Shown here: piece by piece, positions 25,561 through 33,413 of the stretch
How the letters are laid out: every line of letters begins with the position of its first letter
How positions within the stretch are numbered: the stretch's first letter is position 1
Assembly: GCA_036375995.1 (NCBI GenBank)
Contig: DASVBE010000095.1
Coordinates: forward strand, 6,245 to 70,244
Length of the DNA stretch: 64,000 nucleotides
Origin: Streptosporangiaceae bacterium
GTDB taxonomy: Bacteria > Actinomycetota > Actinomycetes > Streptosporangiales > Streptosporangiaceae
Direction: 5' to 3'
The notes under the pieces: generated by a model
What the model saw: the letters and a program-made list of their open reading frames with translations, nothing else
What the model was told of the DNA's origin: nothing
Databases searched by the model: none
Made by a program: the position numbers and the translations under genes

Positions 25561-27601
25561 GCGGGTCCTGCGGCACGTAGTGGGCCAGTACCTCCGGGTT
25601 CGCCAGCGAATCCGGGTCGGCGGCCTGCGCCAGCGGTGTGCCCAGCAGGATCTTGCGCACCGGCACCTCCAGTTTCTTGCCGGACAGCGTGCGCGGGATG
25701 CCGGGCACCAGGTGGATCTCGTCCGGCGCGTGCCGGGGCGACAGCTCGGCTCGCAGCGCGGCCCGGATCCGGCCCGCCAGCGCGTCGTCCAGCACGGCCC
25801 CGGCGGCCAGCACCACGTACAGCACCAGCCGGCCCTCGGTGCCGAGCTGCCCGGTGTCCACCACCAGGCTGTCGGTGACCTCCGGCATCCGCTCGATCAC
25901 CCGGTAGAACTCCGAGGTGCCCATCCGGACCCCGCCGCGGTTCAGCGTGGCGTCGGACCGGCCGTAGATCACGCTGCCGCCGTCGGGCAGGAACATGATC
26001 CAGTCGCCGTGCCGCCACACCCCCGGGTAGTCGGCGAAGTAACTGGCCCGGTACCGCTCACCGTCCGGGTCGTTCCAGAACCCGACCGGCATGGACGGCA
26101 TGGGCGCGGTCACGACCAGCTCGCCGACCTCGCCGGTCACCGGCTTTCCCGCCGCGTCGAAGGCCTCCACCTGGGCGCCGAGGAACCGCCCGGCGATGAT
26201 CCCGGCGCGGACCGGGAGCAGCGGGCTGGACCCGACGAACCCCGTGCAGACATCCGTCCCCCCGGACATCGAGCCGAGAATCAGGTCCCGCTGGACACTG
26301 CCGTATACCCAGCTAAAACCTTCGGGTGGCAGCGGCGAGCCGGTAGACCCGATGCCCCGCAGCCGGGAGAGGTCATACTCAGCACCGGGCGTGATCCCGG
26401 CCTTGGCGCAGGCCAGCAGGTACGGGGCGCCGGTACCGGCGTAGGTCGTCCCGGTCTCGGCGATCAGCTGCCACAGTGAACCGGCCGCCGGGTAGGCGGG
26501 CGCGCCGTCGTACAGCACGATCGCCACCCCCGTGAGCAGCCCGCTGGCCAGGTAGTTCCACATCATCCAGCCGGTGGTGGTGAGCCAGAAGAACACGTCC
26601 CCGGGGCGGAGGTCCTGGTAGAACGACAGGGCCTTGAGGTGCTCGAGGACGATCCCGCCGTGGCCGTGCACGATCGGCTTGGGCAGGCCGGTGGTGCCCG
26701 AGGAGTACAGCACCCACAGCGGGTGCTCGAACGGCACCGGCGTGAACGAGGTCTGCTGCGGCGGGTTCGGCCCGCCCAGGCCGTCCCAGGCCAGCACCGT
26801 CAGGCCGGCCAGGTCCAGCGGCGCGGTGCCCGGCCCGTCCGGCTCGCCGGTCAGCACCACCGCGCTGAGCCCGGGCAGCTGCGCCGCGATCCTGGCCACC
26901 TCGGCCCGCCGGTCGTAGGCCTTGCCGTTGTACCGGTAGCCGGGCGAGGCGACCAGCACCTTCGGCGAGATCTGCGCGAACCGGTCGATGACGCTGGTCG
27001 CGCCGAAATCCGGCGAGCAGGACGACCAGACCGCGCCGAGGCTGGCCGCGGCGAGCATGGCGATCAGCGCCTCGGGCACGTTCGGCAGGTAGCCGCCGAC
27101 CCGGTCGCCGGTGCGCACGCCGGCCCCGGCCAGCCCCGCGGCCACCCGGGCCACCTCCCGGTCCAGCTCGCCGTAGGTCAGCTCGCTGCGGCGGCTGTCC
27201 TCGCCGCGGTAGAGCACGGCGGTCCGGCCCGGTTCTGTGCGGGCGGTCAGCAGCGCCTGCCGGGCGTAGTTCAGGGTGGCGCCGGGGAACCAGTGCACGT
27301 CCGGCATGATCCCGCCGGTCAGCACGGGGCCGTCGCCGCGCTCGCCGGCCACGCCGAAGTAGTCCCACAGCGAGCCCCAGAACCCGGCCAGGTCGGTGAC
27401 CGACCATTCCCACAGCTCCTGGCCGGGGTCCAGGTGCAGCCCGCGCTGATCGGCCAGCCAGCGGGCGTAGTGCGCGAGCCTGCTGGCCGCGGCGGACTCC
27501 GCGGTCGGCTCCCACAGCACGGCGCCATAGTCCGGTCCGGCGTAAGCCGCCGCCAGTTCCGCGGACCCGAACGGGGCGCCGGTGTGATCGTCAATGGGCA
27601 T
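25556..27601 (-). CDS. Acetoacetate-CoA ligase (acetoacetyl-CoA synthetase)
   Basis: 681 aa. AMP-binding motif LYSSGTTGLPKPIVHGHGG. N-terminal ...LWEPTAES...LAHYARWL... typical of acetoacetyl-CoA synthetases. ...GRSDATLNRGGVRMGTSEFY... Confidence 0.88.
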   Translation of the reverse strand: MPIDDHTGAPFGSAELAAAYAGPDYGAVLWEPTAESAAASRLAHYARWLADQRGLHLDPGQELWEWSVTDLAGFWGSLWDYFGVAGERGDGPVLTGGIMPDVHWFPGATLNYARQALLTARTEPGRTAVLYRGEDSRRSELTYGELDREVARVAAGLAGAGVRTGDRVGGYLPNVPEALIAMLAAASLGAVWSSCSPDFGATSVIDRFAQISPKVLVASPGYRYNGKAYDRRAEVARIAAQLPGLSAVVLTGEPDGPGTAPLDLAGLTVLAWDGLGGPNPPQQTSFTPVPFEHPLWVLYSSGTTGLPKPIVHGHGGIVLEHLKALSFYQDLRPGDVFFWLTTTGWMMWNYLASGLLTGVAIVLYDGAPAYPAAGSLWQLIAETGTTYAGTGAPYLLACAKAGITPGAEYDLSRLRGIGSTGSPLPPEGFSWVYGSVQRDLILGSMSGGTDVCTGFVGSSPLLPVRAGIIAGRFLGAQVEAFDAAGKPVTGEVGELVVTAPMPSMPVGFWNDPDGERYRASYFADYPGVWRHGDWIMFLPDGGSVIYGRSDATLNRGGVRMGTSEFYRVIERMPEVTDSLVVDTGQLGTEGRLVLYVVLAAGAVLDDALAGRIRAALRAELSPRHAPDEIHLVPGIPRTLSGKKLEVPVRKILLGTPLAQAADPDSLANPEVLAHYVPQDPR

Positions 27602-27730
27602 GGCCCCAGCATGCGAGGTACATCGCCGGGCCGCAACGACACATCAGGATGGATTACGGAAGGTGCCCGGCGACCCACCCGGTTCTGGCCTGCCGGGCAT
27701 GGGCGCGGGCGGCACGGGTACGCCTGCGCC

Positions 27731-28570
27731 ATGAGCAGGTTGCGTGACAGCGTGCGCCGCCGGCGCGGGACCGCTGAATCCGTCCCCCCGCAGGCCCTTT
27801 CGCCGGCTTCCCCGGCTTCCCCGGCTTCCCCGGGCGCGCCGGACGAACCGGACCTGGCCGGGGAGTTCGCCGAGCTGGCCGGCGAGCTGCCCGGTGCCGA
27901 CGAGACCCGGCAGCGCCGGGCGCTGGCCGCGGCCCGCCGCAGGGTCGCCAGGAGCGGCGCCGTCACCTGGCACGGCGCCCGGTCGGCCGGGCACTGGATG
28001 GCCGAGCAGGTGATCTCGATGGCGCCGCGGGTCCCGGTCAGGGACGTGGCCACGCTGCGCCGGCAATACCCCGGTAAGACCCCTGAGGAGCTGGCCGACG
28101 TCGTGATCCGCCAGGCCGCCCGGACCGCGGCCGGGATCGGCGCGGCCGTGGGCGCCGCCTCGGTGCTGCCGATGATGCCTGCCATGCCGGTGGAGGTGAC
28201 CACCGAGACGCTGGCCCTGGTCGCCATCGAGCTGAAGATGATCGCCGAACTGCACGAGGTGTACGGGCTGCGCGCACCGGGCTCGGCGATCGAGCGGATG
28301 ACCGCCTACGTCGGGTCGTGGGCCCGGCGGAGCGGGGTGGTCGGCCTCGCCCCGGGCGGGATCCTCCTGGCCGTGGGCTCGCCGCTGCGCCGCCGGCTGC
28401 AGCGGCGGCTGCTGGCCCGGGCCAGCCGCAGCGCCATCTCGCTCGGCCCGCTGCTGACCGGGATGGCCGCCGGGGCGTGGCTGAACCAGAGCGAGACCCG
28501 CAAGCTCGGCCAGGACATCAGGAACGACCTGCGGCACCGGTCCCCGTCGGCCGGGCGCTGGCCCAGCTAG
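27731..28570 (+). CDS. Hypothetical membrane-associated protein (EcsC-like by recollection)
   Basis: ATG at 27731. ...TLRRQYPGKTPEELADVVIRQAARTAAGIGAAVGA...LALVAIELKMIAELHEVYG... Contains a 3 x 9-bp SPA repeat. The upstream 364 codons of the track ORF are antisense shadow. Confidence 0.6.
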   Translation: MSRLRDSVRRRRGTAESVPPQALSPASPASPASPGAPDEPDLAGEFAELAGELPGADETRQRRALAAARRRVARSGAVTWHGARSAGHWMAEQVISMAPRVPVRDVATLRRQYPGKTPEELADVVIRQAARTAAGIGAAVGAASVLPMMPAMPVEVTTETLALVAIELKMIAELHEVYGLRAPGSAIERMTAYVGSWARRSGVVGLAPGGILLAVGSPLRRRLQRRLLARASRSAISLGPLLTGMAAGAWLNQSETRKLGQDIRNDLRHRSPSAGRWPS

Positions 28571-28599
28571 CGCGCGGCCAGCCCGCGGCTGACGCGCCG

Positions 28600-29349
28600 C
28601 TAGCCCGCCGAGGGCATGGTCAGCAGCCCGATGCCGCGCAGCACGGCGGGCACGTCGGCCAGGTCCGGCAGCACCAGGTCAGCGCCGGCCGCGAGCAGGT
28701 CGCTCTCCGTGGACCGGCCGGTGGCCACGGCCACGCTGCGGGCCCCGCCCCGTTTCGCCGCCGCCACGTCCCTGACCGAGTCGCCGACGTAGACCGTGTT
28801 GCGCTCGGTGAACGCCTTGCCGTACTTCTCCGCGGCCCGGCCCCGGGCCATCATCACCAGCGCGCCCTTGGGGTAGCTCTCCGAGCCGTACCCGCCGACC
28901 TCGAAGTCGAAGTAGCTCGCCAGGCCGAAGGCGGCCAGCTTGGCCACCGCGTTGGGCCGGATCGTGCCGGTCAGCACGGACTGCACGACCACGTCCGGCC
29001 GGCTGGCCAGGGTCTCGACCGCCTGGGCGGCTCCGGGCAGCAGGCGGCCCTGCCCGGTCAGGTCGCCCTGGCGGGCCGCGAACGCGCCGGCCAGCGCGTC
29101 GTAGAAGGCGGTCAGGAGCGCGTCGCCGCCGTCGTCTTCGGTGCCGGCGCCGGCGCCGATGCCAGTGCCGGTGCCAGTGCCGGCGTCGTTGCGGGCCAGC
29201 GCGTCGAAGAAGATCTCCGACTCGCTCTGCCCGGCGAACTGCGGCAGCTGGATCAGCCGCCGCCCGGTGACCTGCTGGAACGCGTCGGCGTAGGCGGCCC
29301 TGGTGACCCGGTTGACGTCGACCAGGGTCAGGTCGATGTTCCAGAGCAC
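28600..29349 (-). CDS. HAD-superfamily hydrolase-like protein (motif I reads N-x-D)
   Basis: GTG start. VLWNIDLTLVD (motif I position), ...VLTGT... and ...VYVGDSVRDVAAAKRGGA... (motifs III/IV). Gly/Thr/Ala-rich insertion. Confidence 0.75.
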   Translation of the reverse strand: MLWNIDLTLVDVNRVTRAAYADAFQQVTGRRLIQLPQFAGQSESEIFFDALARNDAGTGTGTGIGAGAGTEDDGGDALLTAFYDALAGAFAARQGDLTGQGRLLPGAAQAVETLASRPDVVVQSVLTGTIRPNAVAKLAAFGLASYFDFEVGGYGSESYPKGALVMMARGRAAEKYGKAFTERNTVYVGDSVRDVAAAKRGGARSVAVATGRSTESDLLAAGADLVLPDLADVPAVLRGIGLLTMPSAG

Positions 29350-29436
29350 GAGGCAGCGAATGAGGGCCTCCGGGGCGTCACAGCCAAAGGAACGGTGAAG
29401 AGCACAGCGAGAGTACCGCCCCGGCGGCCGCCCGGC

Positions 29437-31065
29437 TCAGCCCATGTGCGGATACCGGTAGTCGACCGGCGGCACGAACAGCTCCTTGATGGTCCGCGGG
29501 CTGGCCCAGCGGGTCAGGTTGAGCATCGAGCCGGCCTTGTCGTTGGTGCCGCTGGCCCGGCCGCCGCCGAACGGCTGCTGGCCGACCACCGCGCCGGTGG
29601 GCTTGTCGTTGATGTAGAAGTTGCCGGCCGCGAACCGCAGCTTCTCCGTCGCCGCGGCGATCGCGGCCCGGTCCTGGGCGATGATCGCGCCGGTCAGCGC
29701 GTATGGCGACACGTCGCCGGCCTGGGCCAGCACCTCGTCGTACCGCGCGTCGTCGTACACGTGCACGGCCAGGATCGGGCCGAAGTACTCGGTGGTGAAC
29801 ACCTCGTCGGCCGGGTCGGTGCAGGCCAGCACCGTCGGCTCGACGAAGTACCCGTCCTGTCCGTGCACCTCGCCGCCGGTCAGCACGGTCACCGACGGGG
29901 TGGCCTTGGCCCGGGCCAGCGCGGCGGTGTGCTTGGCCAGCGCACGGTCGTCGATCACCGCGCCCATGAACAGCGAGAAGTCAGCGGACACGTCGCCCAC
30001 GGTGAGCCCGGCGGCCTGGGCCACGAAGTCGTCGCCCATCCGGTCCCACACCGACCGGGCCACGTAGGCCCGGGACGCCGCCGAGCACTTCTGGCCCTGG
30101 TACTCGAACGCGCCCCGGATCAGCGCGGTGGCCAGCACCGCTGGGTCGGCCGACGGGTGCGCGATGACGAAGTCCTTGCCGCCGGTCTCGCCGACCAGCC
30201 GCGGGTAGCTGCGGTAGCCGGCGATGTTCTCCCCGACCGTCCGCCACAGGTGCTGGAACGTGCCGGTGGACCCGGTGAAGTGGATGCCGGCCAGGTCCGG
30301 CGCGGTCAGCGCGACCCGGGACACCGCGGCGCCGTCGCCGGTGACCAGGTTGATCACGCCGGGCGGCAGCCCGGCCGCCTCCAGCAGCCGCATCAGGTAG
30401 TGCGCGGACAGCTGCTGGGTGGGGGACGGCTTCCACACCACGACGTTGCCCATCAGGGCCGGGGCGGTGGGCAGGTTGCCGGCGATCGAGGTGAAGTTGA
30501 ACGGGGTGATGGCCAGCACGAAGCCCTCGAGCGGCCGGTACTCGAGGCGGTTCCAGGCACTGGTGGTTGAGGACGGCTGCTCGGCGAGTAGCTGGCGGCC
30601 GAAGTGCACGTTGTACCGCCAGAAGTCGATCAGCTCGCAGGCGGCGTCGATCTCGGCCTGGAACGGCGACTTGGACTGGCCCAGCACGGTGGCCGCGTTG
30701 ATCGTGGCCCGCCACGGGCCGGCCAGCAGCTCGGCGGCCTTGAGCAGGACCGCGGCCCGGTCGTCGTAGGACAGCGCCCGCCAGCCCGGCGCGGCCGCCC
30801 GGGCCGCGTCGATCGCGGCGGCCACCTCGGCGTCGGTGACGTTGCCCAGGTCACCGAGCACATGCTGGTGGTGGTGCGGCTGGACGACGGCGATCCGGTC
30901 GCCGCTGCCCATCCGCTGCTGGCCGCCGATCGTCATGGTCAGCTCGGCCCGTTCGCCGGCCAGCTCCTTGACCCTGGCCTCCAGCGCGGCGCGCTCGGCG
31001 CTGCCCGGGGCGTAGGTCCTGACCGGCTCGTTGACCGGCGGCGGAACGTTGGTGACGGCATCCAT
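29437..31065 (-). CDS. pruA: L-glutamate gamma-semialdehyde (1-pyrroline-5-carboxylate) dehydrogenase
   Basis: ATG at 31065 (MDAVTNVPPPVNEPVRTYAPGS...) with GGGAGG upstream. Aldehyde dehydrogenase catalytic ...VGETGGKDF... and ...YQGQKCSAASRAYV... The track ORF extension to 31581 was not used. Confidence 0.9.
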   Translation of the reverse strand: MDAVTNVPPPVNEPVRTYAPGSAERAALEARVKELAGERAELTMTIGGQQRMGSGDRIAVVQPHHHQHVLGDLGNVTDAEVAAAIDAARAAAPGWRALSYDDRAAVLLKAAELLAGPWRATINAATVLGQSKSPFQAEIDAACELIDFWRYNVHFGRQLLAEQPSSTTSAWNRLEYRPLEGFVLAITPFNFTSIAGNLPTAPALMGNVVVWKPSPTQQLSAHYLMRLLEAAGLPPGVINLVTGDGAAVSRVALTAPDLAGIHFTGSTGTFQHLWRTVGENIAGYRSYPRLVGETGGKDFVIAHPSADPAVLATALIRGAFEYQGQKCSAASRAYVARSVWDRMGDDFVAQAAGLTVGDVSADFSLFMGAVIDDRALAKHTAALARAKATPSVTVLTGGEVHGQDGYFVEPTVLACTDPADEVFTTEYFGPILAVHVYDDARYDEVLAQAGDVSPYALTGAIIAQDRAAIAAATEKLRFAAGNFYINDKPTGAVVGQQPFGGGRASGTNDKAGSMLNLTRWASPRTIKELFVPPVDYRYPHMG

Positions 31066-31151
31066 ACGGCTCGGCCTCCCTGCGCTCGCTGACGTCGATG
31101 GCAGCATTCTCATCGTCGCACGGCAGAGTGCGGGCGCAACCGGCCCGGGGG

Positions 31152-31200
31152 CAGTGCTGGCCGGGGCCAGTGCTGGCCGGGTCAGCGCTGGCCGGGTCAG
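31152..31200. repeat. 3 x 15/16-bp direct repeat (CAGYGCTGGCCGGGK)
   Basis: cagtgctggccgggg-c-cagtgctggccgggt-cagcgctggccgggt-cag. The last unit contains the TGA stop of gene 31197..31691. Lies 87-135 bp upstream of the pruA ATG. Confidence 0.85.
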
Positions 31201-31691
31201 GCGACCAGGTACTGCAGTTCCTGGCGGGCGTACCACATCAGCTCGTGGCCCTCCGCGCCGTCCACGGTGAACCGGGCGTCGTCGTCGCCCTCGTCGGCCT
31301 TGGCCAGCGCGGCCACCGCGGCCCGGATGTCGTCCACCGCGACCACGTCGTCCACGTGCCCGGACACCACCAGGCTGACCGGAACCTCGCCGCTGACCTC
31401 GACCGCGGCCGGGTCGGCGGCCCCGCTGACCGCCTTGACCCGCTCGTCCGGGATCTCCACCGCGAGCACGACCCGGCGCGGCGGCGCGTCCGGCTCCTCG
31501 GCCAGCCGCCGCAGCGACGCCCGGGCCGCCTGGGCCATCGCCACGTACTCGAGTTCCTCGAGGTCCCCGCTCCTGTACCACTCGCGCAGCGCCGGGGTGA
31601 CCGCGAAACCGCGCAGCGGCGGATCGCCCACCTCAGAACGGCCGAGCACCGCTGCCAGCGCTGGCAACGTGCCGGGAAGGTAAACGCGCAT
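31197..31691 (-). CDS. Conserved hypothetical acidic protein
   Basis: 164-aa ORF (MRVYLPGTLPALAAVL...FAVTPALREWY...ELEYVAMAQAA...). GC3-rich. Family name not recalled with confidence. Confidence 0.6.
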   Translation of the reverse strand: MRVYLPGTLPALAAVLGRSEVGDPPLRGFAVTPALREWYRSGDLEELEYVAMAQAARASLRRLAEEPDAPPRRVVLAVEIPDERVKAVSGAADPAAVEVSGEVPVSLVVSGHVDDVVAVDDIRAAVAALAKADEGDDDARFTVDGAEGHELMWYARQELQYLVA

Positions 31692-31840
31692 CGGGTCCCC
31701 ATACGGTGCGGCCGCGCTCCCGCGGCGGCGTCACGCTTCCTAGTGAAGCAGGAAGGAGACCAGAGTGTGCCACCATCGGCGGCCGGCCGGCCCGGATTTA
31801 ACGCCGGCGTGACCAGATAGATGAATCCGGCGGACCGGGC

Positions 31841-32008
31841 GTTAGGGCCTGTCTCGGAGTCCCGGGTCGATCAGGGAGCGGGCATCCCGCGCCCGGCTGG
31901 CAAGGCGGAGGAGGAGCCAATAGCGGAGCTATTGGCAACGACGACAACGCCGCCAGCCGGGATGCGGGGGCCCGCGAGCCGGCCGGGGACTCCGAGACAG
32001 GCCCTAAC
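31841..32008. mobile_element. 168-bp MITE-like imperfect palindrome with 23-bp perfect terminal inverted repeats
   Basis: GTTAGGGCCTGTCTCGGAGTCCC (31841..31863) is the exact reverse complement of 31986..32008. The arms are partially complementary, with a central perfect hairpin GCCAATAGC-gga-GCTATTGGC (31916..31936). TTA/TAA lies at the ends (possible TA duplication). Confidence 0.6.
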
Positions 32009-32462
32009 TGCCGTTCCGGCGCGGCCCCGGCGGGTGGCGGGCCAGCGCGTCGGTAACCGCGGTGACGGCGGCGTCCAGCGGCTCGTGCTCCCACACCCGG
32101 ACGACCTCCCAGCCCGCCGCGGCCAGCGCGGCGTCGGCGGCCCGGTCGCGTTCCACGTTCCGCAGCAGCTTGGGGTTCCAGTAGCCGGTATTGACCGCGG
32201 GCTTGCTGCCGTGATCGGGGCAGCAGTGCCAGAAGCAGCCGTCCACGAACACCGCGACCCGGCGCGCGGTGAACACGATGTCCGGCCGGACCCGTGCCCC
32301 GCTCTCCAGGTCGAGCCGCAGGTCCTTGCGGTAGCGGTAGCCGCGGCCGTGCAGGGCCCGGCGCAGCGCCAGCTCGGGCTTGGTGTCGCGGCGGCGGATC
32401 GCCGCCATGTTGGCCGACCGGCCGGGGCTGGACGGGTAGGGATACTCGGCCACGGACGCCAA
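32004..32462 (-). CDS. vsr: Very short patch repair endonuclease (Vsr)
   Basis: ...RRRDTKPELALRRALHGRGYRYRKD...RPDIVFTARRVAVFVDGCFWHCCPDHG...NTGYWNPKLLRNVERDR...GWEVVRVWEHE... The TAG stop lies inside the terminal repeat of the palindromic element. Confidence 0.88.
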   Translation of the reverse strand: MASVAEYPYPSSPGRSANMAAIRRRDTKPELALRRALHGRGYRYRKDLRLDLESGARVRPDIVFTARRVAVFVDGCFWHCCPDHGSKPAVNTGYWNPKLLRNVERDRAADAALAAAGWEVVRVWEHEPLDAAVTAVTDALARHPPGPRRNGS

Positions 32463-32535
32463 CGCTAGAGCAGTGACCGCCGTGGCGTCACGTGGTCAGT
32501 GCGTGGGGTGGTCAGAGCGTAAGGCGGGCAGCGCG

Positions 32536-33198
32536 TCAGGGGGACAGCGCCTCAGGGGGAATGGCCAGCAATTCGGACAGCCGGGCGATGGTGCCGACGA
32601 GCTCCCGGTGGTGGATGCCGGTCATCCCGATGGCCTCGGCCGCGGCGATGTTGCGGTCGATGTCGTCGATGAACACGCACTGCTCAGGCGGCAGGCCGAG
32701 CAGCCCGGCCGCGTGCCAGAAGATGCGCTCCTCGGGCTTGCGCATGCCGGTGTCACCGGAGATCACCACCGCGTCGAACAGCTCGCCGAACTGCTCCCGC
32801 GGGTAGCTCCACCGGCCCCAGGAGTTGGACAGCAGCGCGGTCTGGAACCCGGCCCGGCGGATCCCGCGGAGCACCGCGTGCATCCCCTCGTCCGGCCGCA
32901 TGGCGTGGAACATCCGGGTCAGCAGCCCGTCCGCGATCACCGGCGTGCCGTCGGCCATCGCGATCTCGGCCGCCAGCAGGCGCTCGAACTCCTCGTCCGT
33001 GCACTCGCCGCGCTCCAGCAGGTGGATCGGGTTCGGCGGGCCGTCCTCGTCGTAGGCGTGCAGCACCCAGGACCGCATCACCTCGGTGTAGCGTTCCCGG
33101 TCCACGCCCTCGGCGATGATCCAGGCGTTGATGGTCTCGGTGATCGGGCTGGTCATCACGCCGCCCCAGTCCGTGATCACGGCGCGCACCTCGGTCAC
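32536..33198 (-). CDS. HAD-superfamily hydrolase (subfamily IA-like)
   Basis: GTG start. ...AVITDWGGVMT... (motif I variant), ...ALLSNSW..., ...CVFIDDIDRNIAAAEAIGM... Confidence 0.8.
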   Translation of the reverse strand: MTEVRAVITDWGGVMTSPITETINAWIIAEGVDRERYTEVMRSWVLHAYDEDGPPNPIHLLERGECTDEEFERLLAAEIAMADGTPVIADGLLTRMFHAMRPDEGMHAVLRGIRRAGFQTALLSNSWGRWSYPREQFGELFDAVVISGDTGMRKPEERIFWHAAGLLGLPPEQCVFIDDIDRNIAAAEAIGMTGIHHRELVGTIARLSELLAIPPEALSP

Positions 33199-33227
33199 GC
33201 CCCCATGCTAGGCGACGCCTACTTACC

Positions 33228-33305
33228 ACTCCCGCCCCAGCCCACCATGTTCCGCCGCCCTTCCCCCCACCGCCGTTCCCCCCGCCCCCGCCCTGTCACA
33301 CCCCG
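33228..33305 (-). other. G-run-rich tract on the minus strand (C-runs on plus) upstream of the HAD-vsr genes
   Basis: The plus strand reads ...ccactcccgccccagcccacc...gcccttccccccaccgccgttccccccgcccccgccctgtcacacccc. That gives at least 8 runs of 3 or more G on the minus strand within about 80 nt. Confidence 0.6.
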
Positions 33306-33413
33306 AGAGCGATCGATGTTACGTCGCTTAGCTTCTTGGCGGCTGGGGTTGGTGGGACTGCAGCGGGACGCGCGCTGGCTGCCGGGCCGGGCGGGGCTGG
33401 CAGAATCGCGGGC

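Noticed and set aside
24759-26018. N-terminal over-extensions of track ORFs: 24759..26018, 29437..31581, 48805..50565, 26639..28570, 46723..48351, 8426..9691, 9330..10175, 10533..11324, 56122..56382, 62174..63964.
   Set aside because: The homologous part of each protein begins at an internal ATG/GTG, often with an SD-like sequence or a 4-nt overlap with the upstream stop. The extensions run antisense through neighbouring genes or promoters.
31765-31812. 15-codon mini-ORF (MCHHRRPAGPDLTPA) with a strong GGAAGGAG SD on the plus strand, as a possible leader peptide.
   Set aside because: No plus-strand gene follows it (vsr and its neighbours are on the minus strand), so an attenuator role has no target. 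The SD-like sequence is probably fortuitous within the divergent promoter region.
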